A stretch of DNA of 62,489 nt, the filler included, from Chiloscyllium plagiosum (Eukaryota): assembly GCF_004010195.1 (NCBI RefSeq). It is 4 parts of one record of this genome, joined end to end, with 100 filler letters (N's around TTAATTAATTAA, not from the genome) between each part and the next. Parts side by side here need not be neighbours in the genome. Positions count along the whole stretch, not along the records: positions 1 to 18,779 come from NC_057713.1; positions 18,880 to 40,001 come from NC_057713.1; 2 more parts are not named here. The stretch is one strand, 5' to 3'. This document shows positions 13,100-26,055 of this stretch, piece after piece. Below the pieces are notes generated by a model, which was not told the DNA's origin, did no database searches, and was given only the letters and a program-made list of their open reading frames with translations. A program made the translations under genes and the position numbers. Position 1 is the stretch's first letter. The number at the start of each line of letters is the position of its first letter.

Positions 13100-14923
13100 G
13101 ACCAGAGAGTCTCACAATCCAAGTCTTTCAAACCTTACAACCATAATCAATTTAATTCCTTTGAGTATTCAAGGGAAATGAGTCCCTCTAAATATTCAAC
13201 TTGCAACACATTTTGTTGACTCTGCGGTCTCATTATTTTGACTGAGTTCGATGAGGCTCAGTCAGCAGCAGATTGGATGACAGATCAATCCCTTTATGAG
13301 ACCAATGTGATAGTCTGACACTGGAAATATCACAGAAATTACTATTATCAGTAACACAAGCTTGCAGAATGCAATGTAGAAAAAAAGGAACTGAATAGCC
13401 CACTAAAATCACTTAATAATAAAACCTTACGTTTTATGTTGGCAACGTGACAACATAGTAAACGTCCACACACATGAGTCGCAATATTTCAGTTCTGCTC
13501 TCACTGGTGTCACATTTTCTATAATGCACCGGCCTAAGGAATCTTTTTATACAATAAGGTCAATGGAAATGCCAAAGTTTAACAAATTAAATTAAAGATC
13601 ATATTTAACTGCTCGGTAACGGAGGGATTAATGGACAATAACACAATCAGGTAACATGCACAATTGTTAATGATATTCCTTTAAATTATCTTATCACCTG
13701 AAAATACTTTGTTTTCCATCAGCTCTGCTATTAACAGGCACTTTGGGCTCAGCTCTCTTCCATTTCATTCCTAAACTCTCCCATCAAACTCTCTCTTCCC
13801 TCTTTCTGAAGCCTTTTTGAACTTCACCTTTTTGGTTGTGCTTTAAGCTTCAATTTTGCTTCCTCTTTTTTTTTATAAACCTCATTCTGCAAAGAATTCT
13901 AGAAATGGTTTTGCAAGTAAGGAATATTCTAGGCTCTTGCTATACCTAGCTGCATTCTTTTATTTCCCTTATCTCTGTTCTCCTACTTGTCCTGAATGGA
14001 TTGAGTGCTTCCCACAGATATTACTTGACTCCAGTACCCCAGACAACTGGTTGTTATTTTATTCTGAGCCTTGGTGATTGAACATCAGTACAGTATTCAA
14101 CTGCTGGTGATAATTATACATAGGCTTGATGCTATCCCAATCAAACATGCACAAATGGTAAAATATCACTGGAGTTACTAGATAGAAATCTGGCATAGAA
14201 ACTCTGGCCTAACCCAGGAGACTAAGCCTCTGCTAATCCCCACAATACCCACGAGATGGAAATTTTTGCACATATAGTATTGAACATTGCGTGGTCATTG
14301 TTTCAGACAGTAGATAATGGAAAGTAGCTTGCTGCAAAGTGCAAAGGATATACAGTACTGAAAGGGTTAAATAACTCTGCATGTGGTCATGAATCTTCAT
14401 TATCAAGGTTGACCTTACTGCAAAGACCTTTAGGTAAAATCGCTCCTTCATTAACTTGTCGTGACTCAAGTCTGAGCAAGACATCAGTGCAGTGAGTGTA
14501 ATATAGAAATGGATAAGAGTAATTTACATTTGGATAAAAATATAAAGGAATAAACATTTTGGACAAACATGTTCTTCTCTTATAAAAATATCTGTTTCTC
14601 TTGACTGAACACACAAAGAGATTTCAATCCCCTGAGGGTTGTACTGTTGTAAATCCCATTTTCCTCCATCTTGAGTCTGTGTTCTTCACAGCACTTTGCT
14701 TGCTATAGTTCATTGGTGAGCTTTAAAGGAAGTCTAAGCACCACAGAACAGATTTTCTGTCTGCAATGCCTGCCTTAGGAATGCTTCCAGCTGCTGAATT
14801 ACACGTGTACACAATCATCAGATCTCCGAAAAATCTGGAGAAGAATTCCCTCTTCCACATATGGAAGACTCTGGAGCAGGGTCAATTGGCTGTCTGATGC
14901 ATGCCATTCAATTAGCTGACAGC
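13100..14923 (-). other. ITGA9: Putative ITGA9 3' UTR (end uncertain)
   Basis: Largely unique AT-rich sequence after the stop codon. Minus-strand AATAAA candidates at 14058-14063 and 13959-13964, ATTAAA at 13151-13156. The true cleavage site cannot be determined from sequence. Confidence 0.45.
13735..13945 (+). mobile_element. L2 LINE 3' relic
   Basis: Pyrimidine-rich segment homologous to the L2 3' end also seen at 47590-47760. Confidence 0.45.
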
Positions 14924-15022
14924 TCACTGGTCTTTCTGCACCCAGTCCCAACTTTCTTCACTGTCCTTCCTGTTCTTCTCAGCTTCAATGATTTCTTTGT
15001 ACCTTCGCCGAAAGAAGCCCAT
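14924..15022 (-). CDS. ITGA9: Integrin alpha-9, terminal coding exon (cytoplasmic tail, 32 aa + stop)
   Basis: Translates to MGFFRRRYKEIIEAEKNRKDSEESWDWVQKDQ*. This has the integrin-alpha GFFxR motif and closely matches the mammalian ITGA9 tail as I recall it (MGFFRRRYKEIIEAEKNRKENEDSWDWVQKNQ). Preceded on the minus strand by a pyrimidine tract and CAG acceptor (ttttctgttttgtccag, CAG at 15023-15025), phase 0. TGA at 14924-14926. Confidence 0.96.
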   Translation of the reverse strand: MGFFRRRYKEIIEAEKNRKDSEESWDWVQKDQ

Positions 15023-17402
15023 CTGGACAAAACAGAAAAGTGGAATCAATAAGGGTCCAAGATGATTGCACACAGTCTTGAAAAAGTTTACACCAGTTGA
15101 GTTGTGACAAATCTTATTACAATCAGTCAATCATGAAATATTTTGCTTTTTGTGGGGACTCATTCTTGGAGGTAGGTTGTAATTCATCAGCATGAGCTCA
15201 ATCATAATGAGAGGGCAGCTGGTGTACTTGTGCTGACATAGCACTCTCCTAGTTCCTCCCACTCCAACCCAATAAACCCTCTTGACATCACCAGAAAGAA
15301 GTCATTGCTTAAAACAAGGCAAGTTGAGATAGCCCTGAGAATTAAAAGGTGAAGGCATTGTCAGAATTGTGCTTAAAACGATTATAAATGGAACCAAGTT
15401 TCTGCATACACTTCTGACAGATAAACTCAATTTCAGAGCAGATTAGTGGAATCTGACAGCTGGAATGGTCCCATGTGGCATGGGTTTGAACTCAGGTCTC
15501 AGCCACCATGATGTGAAAAGTATAAACCTGTTGACAATTCAATAAAAGTTGACAATATAAGAATAATAGAAGAGGTGATACGTCAAGTGGAAACATTCAC
15601 TTGATAGCAATTGGTAGCAGGAGCTTCAGATATAAATGCATATTGTTAAAATACACATGCATAAGATCCATGACAAATATCAAACTTAACTGTGGGAGAT
15701 TATGAACAGATATCACAAAAAAACAGATACCATCCCATTAGTCAGTACTGACATGAATCATCTCGATGAATGTCATAATAGAGAAAAAAGTCATGAACAT
15801 AATTTTCAATGAAAGAATCTTAATAAAGTCTCGATTAAACCCTGAAGGGACCTCAGACTATGGTGTTTTTGCGATAAGTTTGAACAGACTAACTTTCAGT
15901 CTGAATTTCCTCATCCAATAGGGAGTGATTCTTAACAGAAACTCTAGTCAAGGAATCTATTTTCTGATCGACTCCAATTTCAAAATAGCTCACCACTACA
16001 AGTGTTCAATCTCATGTTCTTTTTAATCTGAGCTTTGTACTCATTCACTGAAGATCATTTACAACTCAACGTGGCATTGATTAACTTCACTGGCTGTGCT
16101 GAAAAGTAAAGGGCACAGGGAACCTTCCACACGCATAATAAGTGTCTCCGTTTCCACCAGTTTGTTCTCTGAGCCTGATATTCCTTGCTTTGATCTTTTT
16201 AGCAAAACTTCAAGTCTTTGGCGGCATTCACAGGAGTAGAGGACAGAAGACAACCTCGGCAGTCCCTTTGGCCAGAAACAGAAACCAGACCCCAGCAGTT
16301 AAGCTGCTCTGACATCTGGACTCTTGACTTCTAGAGGGAAACGTGATCCCAGCTTAAAGCAAAGTCTGCAAACCTAACAATTTTCATGGTCTGAACAATT
16401 TTTTGTCATTTCCGCCAATACCTATTCGATCATAAATAGCTATTGCCATGAATATTACTACAGCTATAAAAAAAATTATCAAAGTCCAGTGCCACTGATA
16501 TTGTTGGTTGGTAAAACCATTAACTCTTTAATGATTGGGGAAACGTGTCTAGCAGTGTTATCTTAATTTGTGGAGAACTGAGGATTTCCTCCTTGTGTTT
16601 AAAGACATTGAACTCTCATGTCATTTTCTGATCACATTTCCCTGTTTTGAATCGTTTTCAAGTGTAACTTTCTGGCTTTCTACTTAAATCATAAAATTAG
16701 CCCTTACACAGAAGAAAATCTATTAAAAGCTGGAAATCCAAAATGAGAAACAGGAAATACTGGGAAATGCATAACAGGGAAGCCAGCACTTGAAACAGAA
16801 AGAATAATTTGCATATCCTCAGGATATCCCCAGTAATTTGCAATCAACAAAGTGCCTTTAGGAAAGACTGCAGTCAAAAATGTACACAGCAAGATATCAT
16901 AAGCAACAATTTGCGAGCTCAGCAAGTAACTTGCTATTAATTGAGAAATAATTTCAGTTGTTCGTCAAAGGATAGATCAATGTTTTATTAATGCAAGTTT
17001 GCAACTCAAACATTGACCTTCATGTGCTGAACAATTTGCTGCACATTTCAAACAGTTTGTTTTTAACCTAAAGTGTGTTTTATTGAATTTAATAAGACTG
17101 GCAGAGCAATCAATACCAGGATTCCGGAATGTAGAACATGAATTTGGTAATGCGTTAGTAAATGGTCAACATATAATTATATTTTAACTGAAATGCAACA
17201 GCAGCAACTTTTAGATTGGCTTTCCGCATCTCTTCAGATTCTGATGACCAAATGCAGCAAGACCAGGACAATATCCATACTTGGACTGACAAGTAACATT
17301 TGCACCACATAAATGCCAGCTATGACCATCCCCAGCAAGAGGGAATCTAACCATCATCCCTTGACATTCACTGGCTCTATCATCGCTGAATCCCCCATCA
17401 TT

Positions 17403-17590
17403 TGGAGATGCCGGTGTTGGACTGGGGTGTACAACATTAAAAATCACAACACCAGGTTATCGTCCAACAGATTTAGTTGGAAGTACATTATTTGACACAA
17501 CCACCTGATGAATGAGCAGCACTCTGAAAGCTAGTGCTACCAAATAAACCTGTTGGCCTATAACCTGGTGTTTGTGATTTTTAACTTTGT
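17403..17590. mobile_element. Penelope-derived fold-back element with hammerhead core, 13-bp TSD
   Basis: Inverted arms (aaaaatcacaacaccaggttat / ataacctggtgtttgtgattttt). CTGATGA at 17505-17511 ... GAAAGCTA. Flanks atcccccatcatt (17390-17402) and atcccccagcatt (17591-17603). Confidence 0.8.
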
Positions 17591-17659
17591 ATCCCCCAGC
17601 ATTAACATCCTTGGGGTTATTACTGACCAGAATTGGAACAGAACCAGACATGTTAACCA

Positions 17660-17795
17660 AGAAGAACCAAAGACTGCAGATGCTGGAAATCAGAAAAAAA
17701 GTCAGAAATTGCTGGAAATACACAGCCGGTCAGGCAGCACCTGTGGACAGAAAGCAGAGTTAATGTTTCCAATCCAGTGACACTTCTTCAGAAAA
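17660..17795 (-). mobile_element. Penelope-derived terminal fragment (third subfamily), degenerate hammerhead
   Basis: Minus strand reads ttctgaagaagtgtcactggattggaaacattaac..ccagcatctgcagtc. Homologous to 22000-22135. Confidence 0.65.
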
Positions 17796-17817
17796 GTCAT
17801 ATTAATACTGTACCTAC

Positions 17818-19245
17818 AATCCTGCAATGAGTAACACAGACAGATAGAAGTGATGAGAAATTTGCAACAGCAACAGTATGTGATGGATGGCAGTTATAGG
17901 AAGGGGGGAAAGTCTCAGATACAGTCACATGGATGGGTTAACTCCAGGAAGGGTAAGAGAGGTAGGCACCTAGAGCAGGAGTCTTTTGTGGATATACCCA
18001 TTTCAAACAGGCATCCTGTTTTGGAAAATGTAGGGGGTGATGGATTCTCCGGGGAACGTAGCACAAACAGCCAAGTTTCTGGTATTGAGACTGGCCCTAA
18101 TGCAATGAGGGGTACGTCGGCTTCCAAGAGATCAATTGTGTTAGGGGATTCTGTAGTCAGAGGTACAGACAGACGTTTCTGTGGCCAGCAGAGAAAATGC
18201 AGAATGGTGTGTTGTTTCCCTGGTGCCAGGATCAAGGATGCCTGGGTGCAGAATGTTCTCACGGGGGAGAGGGGCTAGCAAGAGGTCATTGTCCACATTG
18301 GAGCCAACGACATTGGAAGGGAAAAGGTTGAGACTCTTAAGGGAGATTACAGAGAGTTAGGCAGAAATTTAAAAAGGAGGTCCTCAAGGGTAGTAATATC
18401 TGGATTATCCCCAGTGCTACGAGCTAGTGAGGGCAGGAATACAAGGATAGAGCAGATGAATGCATGGCTGAGGAGCTGGTGTATGGGAGAAGGATTCACA
18501 TGTTTGGATCATTGGAATCTCTTTTGAGGTAGAAGTGACCTGTACAAGAAGGACGGATTGCACCTAAATTGGAAGGGACTAATATACTGGCAGGGAAATG
18601 TGCCAGAACAGGTCGAGAGGATTTAAACTAGTAAGGGGTCGGGAGTGGGACCCAAGGACATAGTGAGAAATGAGATCGATCTGAGACGGGTACAGCTGAG
18701 AACAGAAGTGAGTCAAACAGTCGGGGCAGGCAGGAACAAGGTAGAACTAATAAATTAAACTGCATTTATTTCAATGCAANNNNNNNNNNNNNNNNNNNNN
18801 NNNNNNNNNNNNNNNNNNNNNNNTTAATTAATTAANNNNNNNNNNNNNNNNNNNNNNNNNNNNNNNNNNNNNNNNNNNNTGAGAGGTGACTTAATAAAGA
18901 CATATAAGATAATCAGAGGGTTAGATAGGGTGGACAGGGAGAGCCTTTTTCCAAGAATGGTGACGGCGAGCACGAGGGGGCATAGCTTTAAATTGAGGGG
19001 TGATAGATATAGGACAGATGCCAGAGGTAGTTTCTTTACTCAGAGAGTAGTAAGGGTATGGAATGCTTTGCCAGCAAAGGTAGTAGATTCACCAACTTTA
19101 AGTACATTTAAGTCGTCATTGAACAAGCATATGGACATATATGGAATAGTGTAGGTTAGATTGGCTTCAGATTGGTAGGACAGGTCAGCGCAACATTGAG
19201 GGCCGAAGGGCCTGTACTGCGCTGTAATGTTCTATGTTCTATGTT
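17818..19245 (+). mobile_element. Young CR1 LINE: ORF1 SGNH-esterase region, start of ORF2, gap, 3' end
   Basis: SIVLGDSVVRG..CCFPGARIKD..VHIGAND is the GDSL/SGNH esterase of CR1 ORF1. LNCIYFNA marks the ORF2 start just before the gap. FFTQRVVRVWNALP and a ttctatg tail follow the gap. Confidence 0.92.
18780..18879. other. Assembly gap with synthetic linker (N44-TTAATTAATTAA-N44)
   Basis: Identical 100-nt construct at three places. The linker has stops in all six frames. Confidence 0.95.
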
Positions 19246-20770
19246 TGATAAGGGCAAAGCTGTTGATGTGGTGTACATAAACTTCATCAAAGGTATTTGA
19301 TACAGTGCCACATGACAGACCTGTCAGCAAAGTTATAGGTCATAGAATAAAAAGGTCAGTAGCAATGTGTATATAAAACTGACTGAGTGGTCGGAAACAG
19401 AAAGTGATGGTGAATGAGTATTTTTCAGGTTGGAAGAAAGCTCATAGTGGAGTTCCCCAGAGATCGGTTTTGGGACTTTTCCTGATGCATATTAATGATC
19501 TAACTCCTCGTATGCATGTGACAATTTTAAAGTTTGCAAGTACCACAAACCTTGATAGAATTGTAAACTGAGAGGTGGACAGTGCAGAACTTTGTAGACA
19601 TAAGCAAGTTGGTGGAGTGGATGGAAGGTTGCTGATGAGTTTCAGCACAAAGAACTATAAGGTGTTGCATCTCAGTACAAAGAACAAAGACAGACAGTAC
19701 AAAACGAAGGGTACAATTGTACAGGTACTGGGGATCAGAGAGGTCTAAGTATTTATGTATAGAAGTCAATAATGTGGCAAGACAGGCAGGGAGATGTGTG
19801 AGTAAAGCATTCAGTATTCTAGCTTTCATTAATAGAGGCATTGATTTCAAGAACAGGGAAACTATGATGAACTTTCAGAGAGCACTGTTTAGATCTTAGC
19901 TGGAGTATTGTGTACAGTACAGGAGGTGCTGGGCGAGTGGTATTAGCATTGGACTGTTAATCCAGAAACCCAGGTAATATTATGGGGACCTGGGTTTGAA
20001 TCCCACCACAGCAATACTGGAATTTGAATTCAATAAAAATCTGAAATTATGTTTCTAATGATGACTATGAAACCAATGTCAATGGTCAAAAAGAAATGTC
20101 TGGCTCACTCATGTCCTTCAGAGAAGGCATCTGCCATCCTTACCTGGTCTGGCCTTCATATGACTCCAGACCAACAGCAATATGGGTGACTTTTAATTAC
20201 CCTATGGGATGGCAGAAAATGTTGGTCTAGCCAGTGAATGAATGACAAAAAGGTTCTGGATGTCATACTACAGGAAGGATGTGAGTGCATTGGAGAGAGT
20301 GCAAAAAAGGTTTCTGAAAATGATTCCAACAATGATACACTTCAGTTATGAGGATAGACTAAAGAGGTTGTGAGTGTTTCCCTTGGAGAGAAGACAGTCA
20401 AGAGGAGATTTGATAGAAGGTTTTAAAATCCTAAGAGCTCTGTGTCAAATAGATAGGGAGAGACTGTTTCCACTCGCAAAAGGGTCAACCTCCAGAGGGC
20501 ACAATTTTTAAGCCCCTCTGTGAAATAAGCAAAAGCAAGGTGAGAGAAAAGCCTTTCATGCGGTGAGTGGTTTGAGTCTGGATCCACTGCCTGGAAGTGT
20601 GGTGGACACATGTTCAATTGAAACAATCAAAAAGGGCATTGGATGCCTATTTATATAGAAACAGTCTGCAAGGTTAAGGGAAAAAGGCAGGAGATTGGTA
20701 TTAAGTTAAAATGTTCAGAGATCTGGTGTAATCACGATAACTGAATAACTGCTTTCTGCAACACAATTCT
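19246..20770 (+). mobile_element. Degenerate CR1 LINE RT region, interrupted by a SINE
   Basis: Relics of VDVVYxDFxKxFD, SGVPQxSVLG and KFAxxTxL, plus the CR1 3' end. Confidence 0.8.
19922..20250 (+). mobile_element. tRNA-derived SINE (family B)
   Basis: gggtttgaatcccacc B-box. Body homologous to 3271-3605. Confidence 0.8.
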
Positions 20771-21584
20771 GTGGCCAGGAAATGTCTGCCCATGGACTTT
20801 GTTAATCTGACCAAAGAGATTGCCTGGACAGCATTTTTTTTTAACTTTTATTTCCAGCATCTACATCATTTGGGTTTTGTTTCCACACAGACTGGGGTTA
20901 TACTTACAATGTATTTTACGAAAGCTTATCATGAATGCTTATAGAAAACAGACAAAATATTTGCTGTTATCAACATATTCTGTCTCCCACAGCTGTGATC
21001 ATATAACTGTGTTACTTTTAATTTTCCTCATTTTAGCACCTTGCAATTGTTCCCTTAATTCTGTCATTCGATTTGCACAAGGAAATGGACTCCGCCCAGA
21101 AAGCTTTATTTCTGCTGAGTTATTAAATTTGCAAAGAATCAAACTGGTAGCTTGGTGAAAATTTTGGGGTGTGGTTTAAATTATAAGGCATTCCTTCAGG
21201 AGGATTCCTGCTGAGATCAAATTCAGTTCAGCAGTCTTAAAATTGGTGGAAGATTTCACGTCCTATTTTACTGGGTGTCATTTGGTACATCGTCTCATTT
21301 GCTTATACTGATGACACTTATGTAAATCTTTACCACAATTGCAAATCTGTCTATGTTCAATTGTCAAGCCTCCGGGTGGGTGTTTAAAATAAATCATCGA
21401 CCAAAACAGGAATTAGTCAGTGCGCTTCTACAACAGTTGATGAATGAACACAGAGCACTTAAAGTTAAGAGGTTGCCAGATGTAAAATCACTTTTATCAG
21501 TCATTCATGGGACGTGGGAGTCACGGGAAAATCAGTTTGCATCACTTTACCTGAATTGCTGTTGAGTAGGTAATAATGAGTCAC

Positions 21585-22800
21585 CTTAAAGACCCACTGT
21601 AGCTGAGTTGTAAAGGTACTCCCACAGTGCTATTTTTTTTAGAGAGTTCCTGGATTTGATAGTCAGGATGGTATGTCTCAGAAGGGAGCTTGGAGATGAT
21701 GTCCTCCTGCCCTTGTCTTTCTAAATGGTGGTTGTTGCAGGTCTACGAGATGCTGTCGAAGAAGCCTTGGTGAATTGCAGTGCATCTTGTAGATGGAACA
21801 CATTGTAGCCTCAGTCTATTGGCACTAAAGGGAATGAATGTTCAAGGTGGGGGAGAGAAAAACCTTTTCATGCAGTGAGTGGTTTGAGTCTGGATCCACT
21901 GCCTGGAAATGGAACAGGTTGCTCTGTCTCAGATGGTGTTGAGCTTGTTGGCTTTTGTCAATGATGTGCTTGTTCAGGTAAATGGACACTCCTCCACCCA
22001 GAAAGAAATCAAAGAACTGAAGATGCTGGAAATCTGAAACAAAAATGGAAATTGCTGGAGAAATTCACCAGGTCTTGCAACATCTGTGGTCAGAAAGTAG
22101 CATTAATATTTCGGGTCCAGTGACCCTTCTTCAAAGCTCAAGAGGGAATGTGTTATGAAGAAGGGGAATTGGACCCAAAACATAAACTCTGCTGTCTCTT
22201 TACAGATGCTGCCATACCTGCTGAGCTTCTCCTACAATTTCTGTTTTTGTTTTCCTATTCCATCCAACCTCAACATGTTTTCTAGATGATTGAAAGGCTT
22301 TGGAGAGTCTAGACACAAGTTACTCATTGTAGAATTTCCAGTCTCTGAGTAGTTCTAACAAACACAGTATTGATATGGTTGGTCCAAGTCAGTTTCTGGT
22401 TAAAGATAACCCTGTACACGTTGATAGAGTCACTGATGGTAATGGCAATGGATGTTAAGGCCAGGGGGCTAAACTCTCCAAAATGACTATTGCTTGGCAC
22501 TGTGTTATTTGTCACTCATTAGTACGAGTCTGAACAGTATCTAGATCTTGCTACAGGCCAAGCACTTCATTATTTAAAGAGCTTTGGGTTGGCACTGAAC
22601 ATTGCCATCAACAGCAAACATTCCTACTTCTGATCGTGTGATGGAAGGAATGCTATTAATGATGCAGTGACAGTGGTTGGGTATGTCCTGCTGAACTCTT
22701 TCTGCGTGACTCTGGGACAGTGACAATTGGTCTAAAATAAAGCCCACAGCTATCTTTATTTGTACTAGAATGATTCGAGCCATTGAAGAGGTTTCTCCTT
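21585..22800 (-). mobile_element. LINE (family B) RT/3' relic
   Basis: ORFs contain FNQKLTWTNHINTV and VGMFAVD (FADD relic). Homologous to 48693-49305. Confidence 0.75.
22000..22255. mobile_element. Penelope-derived fold-back element (third subfamily)
   Basis: Inverted arms at about 22035-22135 and 22155-22250, each with a degenerate hammerhead-like (c)tgaagaagggtc..gacccgaaa. Confidence 0.7.
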
Positions 22801-23304
22801 ATTCTAATTAGCTACAAAATCCCAATGTGCTCACCTACAATTAGGTTATTTTAGATCCACACATCCATTGTTTCACAAATATTCCAAAGACATTTGGTAC
22901 AAGAATGTGGCTTTGTTTGATATCACTAGAAATGTTCAGGGATTGCAAAGAAAAACTTCCATGTACATGTACCGGCATATCTGTAAGCAATTTAATTGTG
23001 TTATGATAGAGAGCCAAACTGGGATCACATGTTCCATAAACCAGGCCCACTAGCAAATACTTTTGTCTGATTAATTAAGACATTAGCGATAAAGTTATTG
23101 AAACATTCTTTACCAAAACCTTCTAATTTTGCATTTCTGTTCTCCTGATATCTATGCATTGGGATAATCGTTGCACCTTCAAAATTCTGATGGTGATTAA
23201 TACAAAGCCATCAATTCAGATTCAAAGATGTAAATGGTACCCATCTTTTTATTCTTTGTTTCTGCTCAATGATACACGATGTAACCCACTTTACTGTGTC
23301 ACAT

Positions 23305-23505
23305 TGAAAACAGGAATAAATATGGAGGATGCTGGATAAACTCAGCAGGTCTGGCCACATCTGTGGAGAGAGAAACAGTGTTAGCATTTAGAGTTTGGGG
23401 TGATTCTACTTCAGAACTCCACAGATGCTGCCAGACACATTAAATTTCTCCAGCGTTCGGTGTTTCAGATTTGCCGCATTTGGAGTACAGTATTTTGCCT
23501 TTATA
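23305..23505. mobile_element. Degenerate Penelope-derived fold-back fragment
   Basis: ggtctggccacatctgtggag ... ctccacagatgctgccagac inverted pair. Same family as 22000-22255. Confidence 0.55.
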
Positions 23506-25422
23506 TTGAAAACAGTATTTGTACAATCATGCAAGAAAATCTACACATTAAGTAAAAAACCTTTTTTCTTGAATGGTCAGTTTGTCAGACAGACAGGGGG
23601 TGGCCATGTCACCATATGGCATCATGCCACATCAACTTCAGAATTACAGCATGTGCCAGCAACTGATGCAAAGTTTCTTCTGAGAAATATGCCATAAATA
23701 TGAAGTGTAATAAAGAGTCCCTTTGAAGAATAATTACTATATATGTCAATGTAGCTGAATTGACTTAAAAGGGCTGGATTTTTAAACAGTTGACAGAAGT
23801 CCCCTCACCATAGTTGAACAGAAGTTGTAGCCCTGCTTTGTCTGATTGCAGGGCCTGGGGAGATATATTCCAGGCAGTGACTGATTAACTTGCCACACAG
23901 GAACCACCAGCTTAATTCAAGATGGTGGCTGCCCCCTAGATCGGTAAACCCAATTAGAAGCGGACGTCACTGACAATACAACTGTAAAGACAGAGCAACT
24001 CAGTGGCTACTCGCTTTCAAAGAGGTGAAAGGAAACTTGGGGAAGAAGCAGATCCTGGAGATCGGAGGATGAGGACTTGTGAGGATCCACGGCTTTGTTG
24101 TCACTTAGTACAGCCATTGTTGCTGGGAGCCTCTTCTTGGGCTACTGAGTGCCAAAAAAATAAGTTATTCACTAACAGAGCCTGATGGGTTAGCCAGTTT
24201 CATTGTGTGCTCCCACAATGTTGGAGTTGTCCTTTTACCGATGCAAACCATAAAGCAGGAAATGGTCCTGTGGGAGGCTACCTGCCAATGTTCCTGGCGC
24301 TGGAAAGTCCCTGATGCCTTCCCATGACATTTTGCCAACCTGCCTGACTCACCAAAGGGCTTGTTAAACTTTAGCTGTAAAGTTCACCACGAAGAATGAA
24401 ATCATTCGTCAATGGCATCTGAGCAAACTCTTTGCTCTAACAATCCAAAGCCAAACACATTACTCTACATTTTCCTTTGCTTAGCTAATTAAATAACACT
24501 AAAAGTCAAATACATTTCCGCAGAACTTAAACAGCAGAAGCAATGGCATTCAAGACTGACTAGCAGAACCACTGGGATCCTGAACAGATGTTTTGCAATT
24601 AGTAGGCATAGCACTTTAAAATTTTGAAACAACTCAGAAGAAACTAGCTAACTAATTGGATCAGGAATCGCCAACTTGCTGGATCATGTTTGCCAACAGA
24701 CATTTTTGCTGGACAGCCCTTCAAAACTGCTCTCTTCACTTGCTCCACTACCCTGACTCACTGACATATTTACACTTCTGTAGGTCTTTTGAGATGGGTT
24801 TCAGTATATATGTAGATGACTACTAAAGGTATTCTACACCAAATCCTTCTGGTGCAATTGGATGGGGTACCACAAACAACTGAGTTTTTGATGAGCTACT
24901 GGTTTTGGAATTTCTTTTTGTTGTGTTAGCTCTTTTCCTCTGGTATGCACTTGCTTTTGAAAGTAACCACATCATGCTTTTTTTTTGTTCCACCGGATGA
25001 AGTGATCCTGGACAAGCTTTTCTTAAGGCTCAATGTCATTATTAAAACTCCAAGCTGAAACTGAATTCTCTCCTCTAGAAAACTGAGGAAGCTCAGTCTT
25101 TGAGTATATTTAAGGTAGAGGCTGATAGAGTGCTGATTTCCAAATATGTAAATAGTTAAAGGGGTAGAATAAAATAGAGGAGATTGGTAACTTACTGTCA
25201 CATGTTTATTTACAAAAAAACATTTTAATAAGTCACCATACCACAGTGCCTGTATTAATGACATGAGTTATAGATTAGAAAAAAGGCAAAGTTTATCTTA
25301 GATCAATTTGAGGAGAGTGTAGGTAAATGGCATTGAAATGTTCAGACAACCATGATTGTTTAAATGGTGAAGGAGGCTTGTTGGCCTAAATGGTCTACTT
25401 CTGTTCTTATGTACCTAAGTCT

Positions 25423-25590
25423 TCATAATATCCATATAGCACATCCTTTGACTGCCATGACAGACAACCTAGACTCAAACTTTCCATAGATAATTGACTT
25501 TGGCGAGTGAGTGTTAGGTACTCTGGCTACATGACAAGCCCAATCCCAGTTGTGAATCTGGTATACTGATGTGCTGTTGAAAAACAAGAT
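25423..25590 (-). mobile_element. RTE-clade LINE C-terminal relic
   Basis: WACHVARVPNTHSPKSIIYGKF matches the RTE WAGHVxRMxxxRxPKxxLYGxL motif. Confidence 0.7.
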
Positions 25591-25869
25591 GCTTATCTCA
25601 ATAATGTGGATTCCTGCAAAGAACAGATGTGAACAAAGTTGATTGTGAATGAGGCCATGAACATAGAAACATTTAGATGCCAAGAAACCTGAAGGTGTTT
25701 TGAAAGGAGACACTTTATTAAAAGAAGCATATCGGTTCAAATTGAACCTTCAGAATGCCACCCAGAACTAATATTTCATAGCTGTTCACACATGTTCTGT
25801 CCAATATGTGGACTTCGGATACAATACCAGGAAAGGCTTTCTTGCTTTTTTTTTCAAAACAGTGCCACA

Positions 25870-26055
25870 GGAGCTTATACACCCACCTGAGAAAGCAGAT
25901 GGCATACATTGCAACACCTCATCCAAAAACAAGCTCTCTAGTTGGCCAGCATTCCTTCAGCATCTGGATTTTTGTGCTCAATTCTTCATGGGACTTAAAC
26001 TCATAACCTTCCGACTCAAAAGGTGAGAATGCAACCAACTGAGTCACAGCTGACT
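25870..26055 (-). mobile_element. tRNA-derived SINE 5' part (Deu-SINE/SacSINE1-like)
   Basis: Minus strand head gtcagctgtgactcagttggt..gaaggttatgagtttaagtccca has A-box and B-box-like motifs. Confidence 0.55.

Larger units (their letters stand above)
17215..17820 (+). mobile_element. LINE (family B, CR1/L2 group) RT fragment hosting two Penelope-derived insertions
   Basis: gactgacaagtaacatttgcaccacataaatgccag..aacatccttggggttattactgaccag is homologous to 22330-22520(-) and 48693-48790(+). Confidence 0.7.

Noticed and set aside
16110..16145. LLCVWK followed by GT on the minus strand
   Set aside because: Weak donor (GTTCCC) and the upstream residues are not a transmembrane helix.
18824..18835. 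TTAATTAATTAA palindromic motif, also at 40046-40057 and 54831-54842
   Set aside because: Synthetic six-frame-stop linker centred in 100-nt scaffold gaps, not biological.
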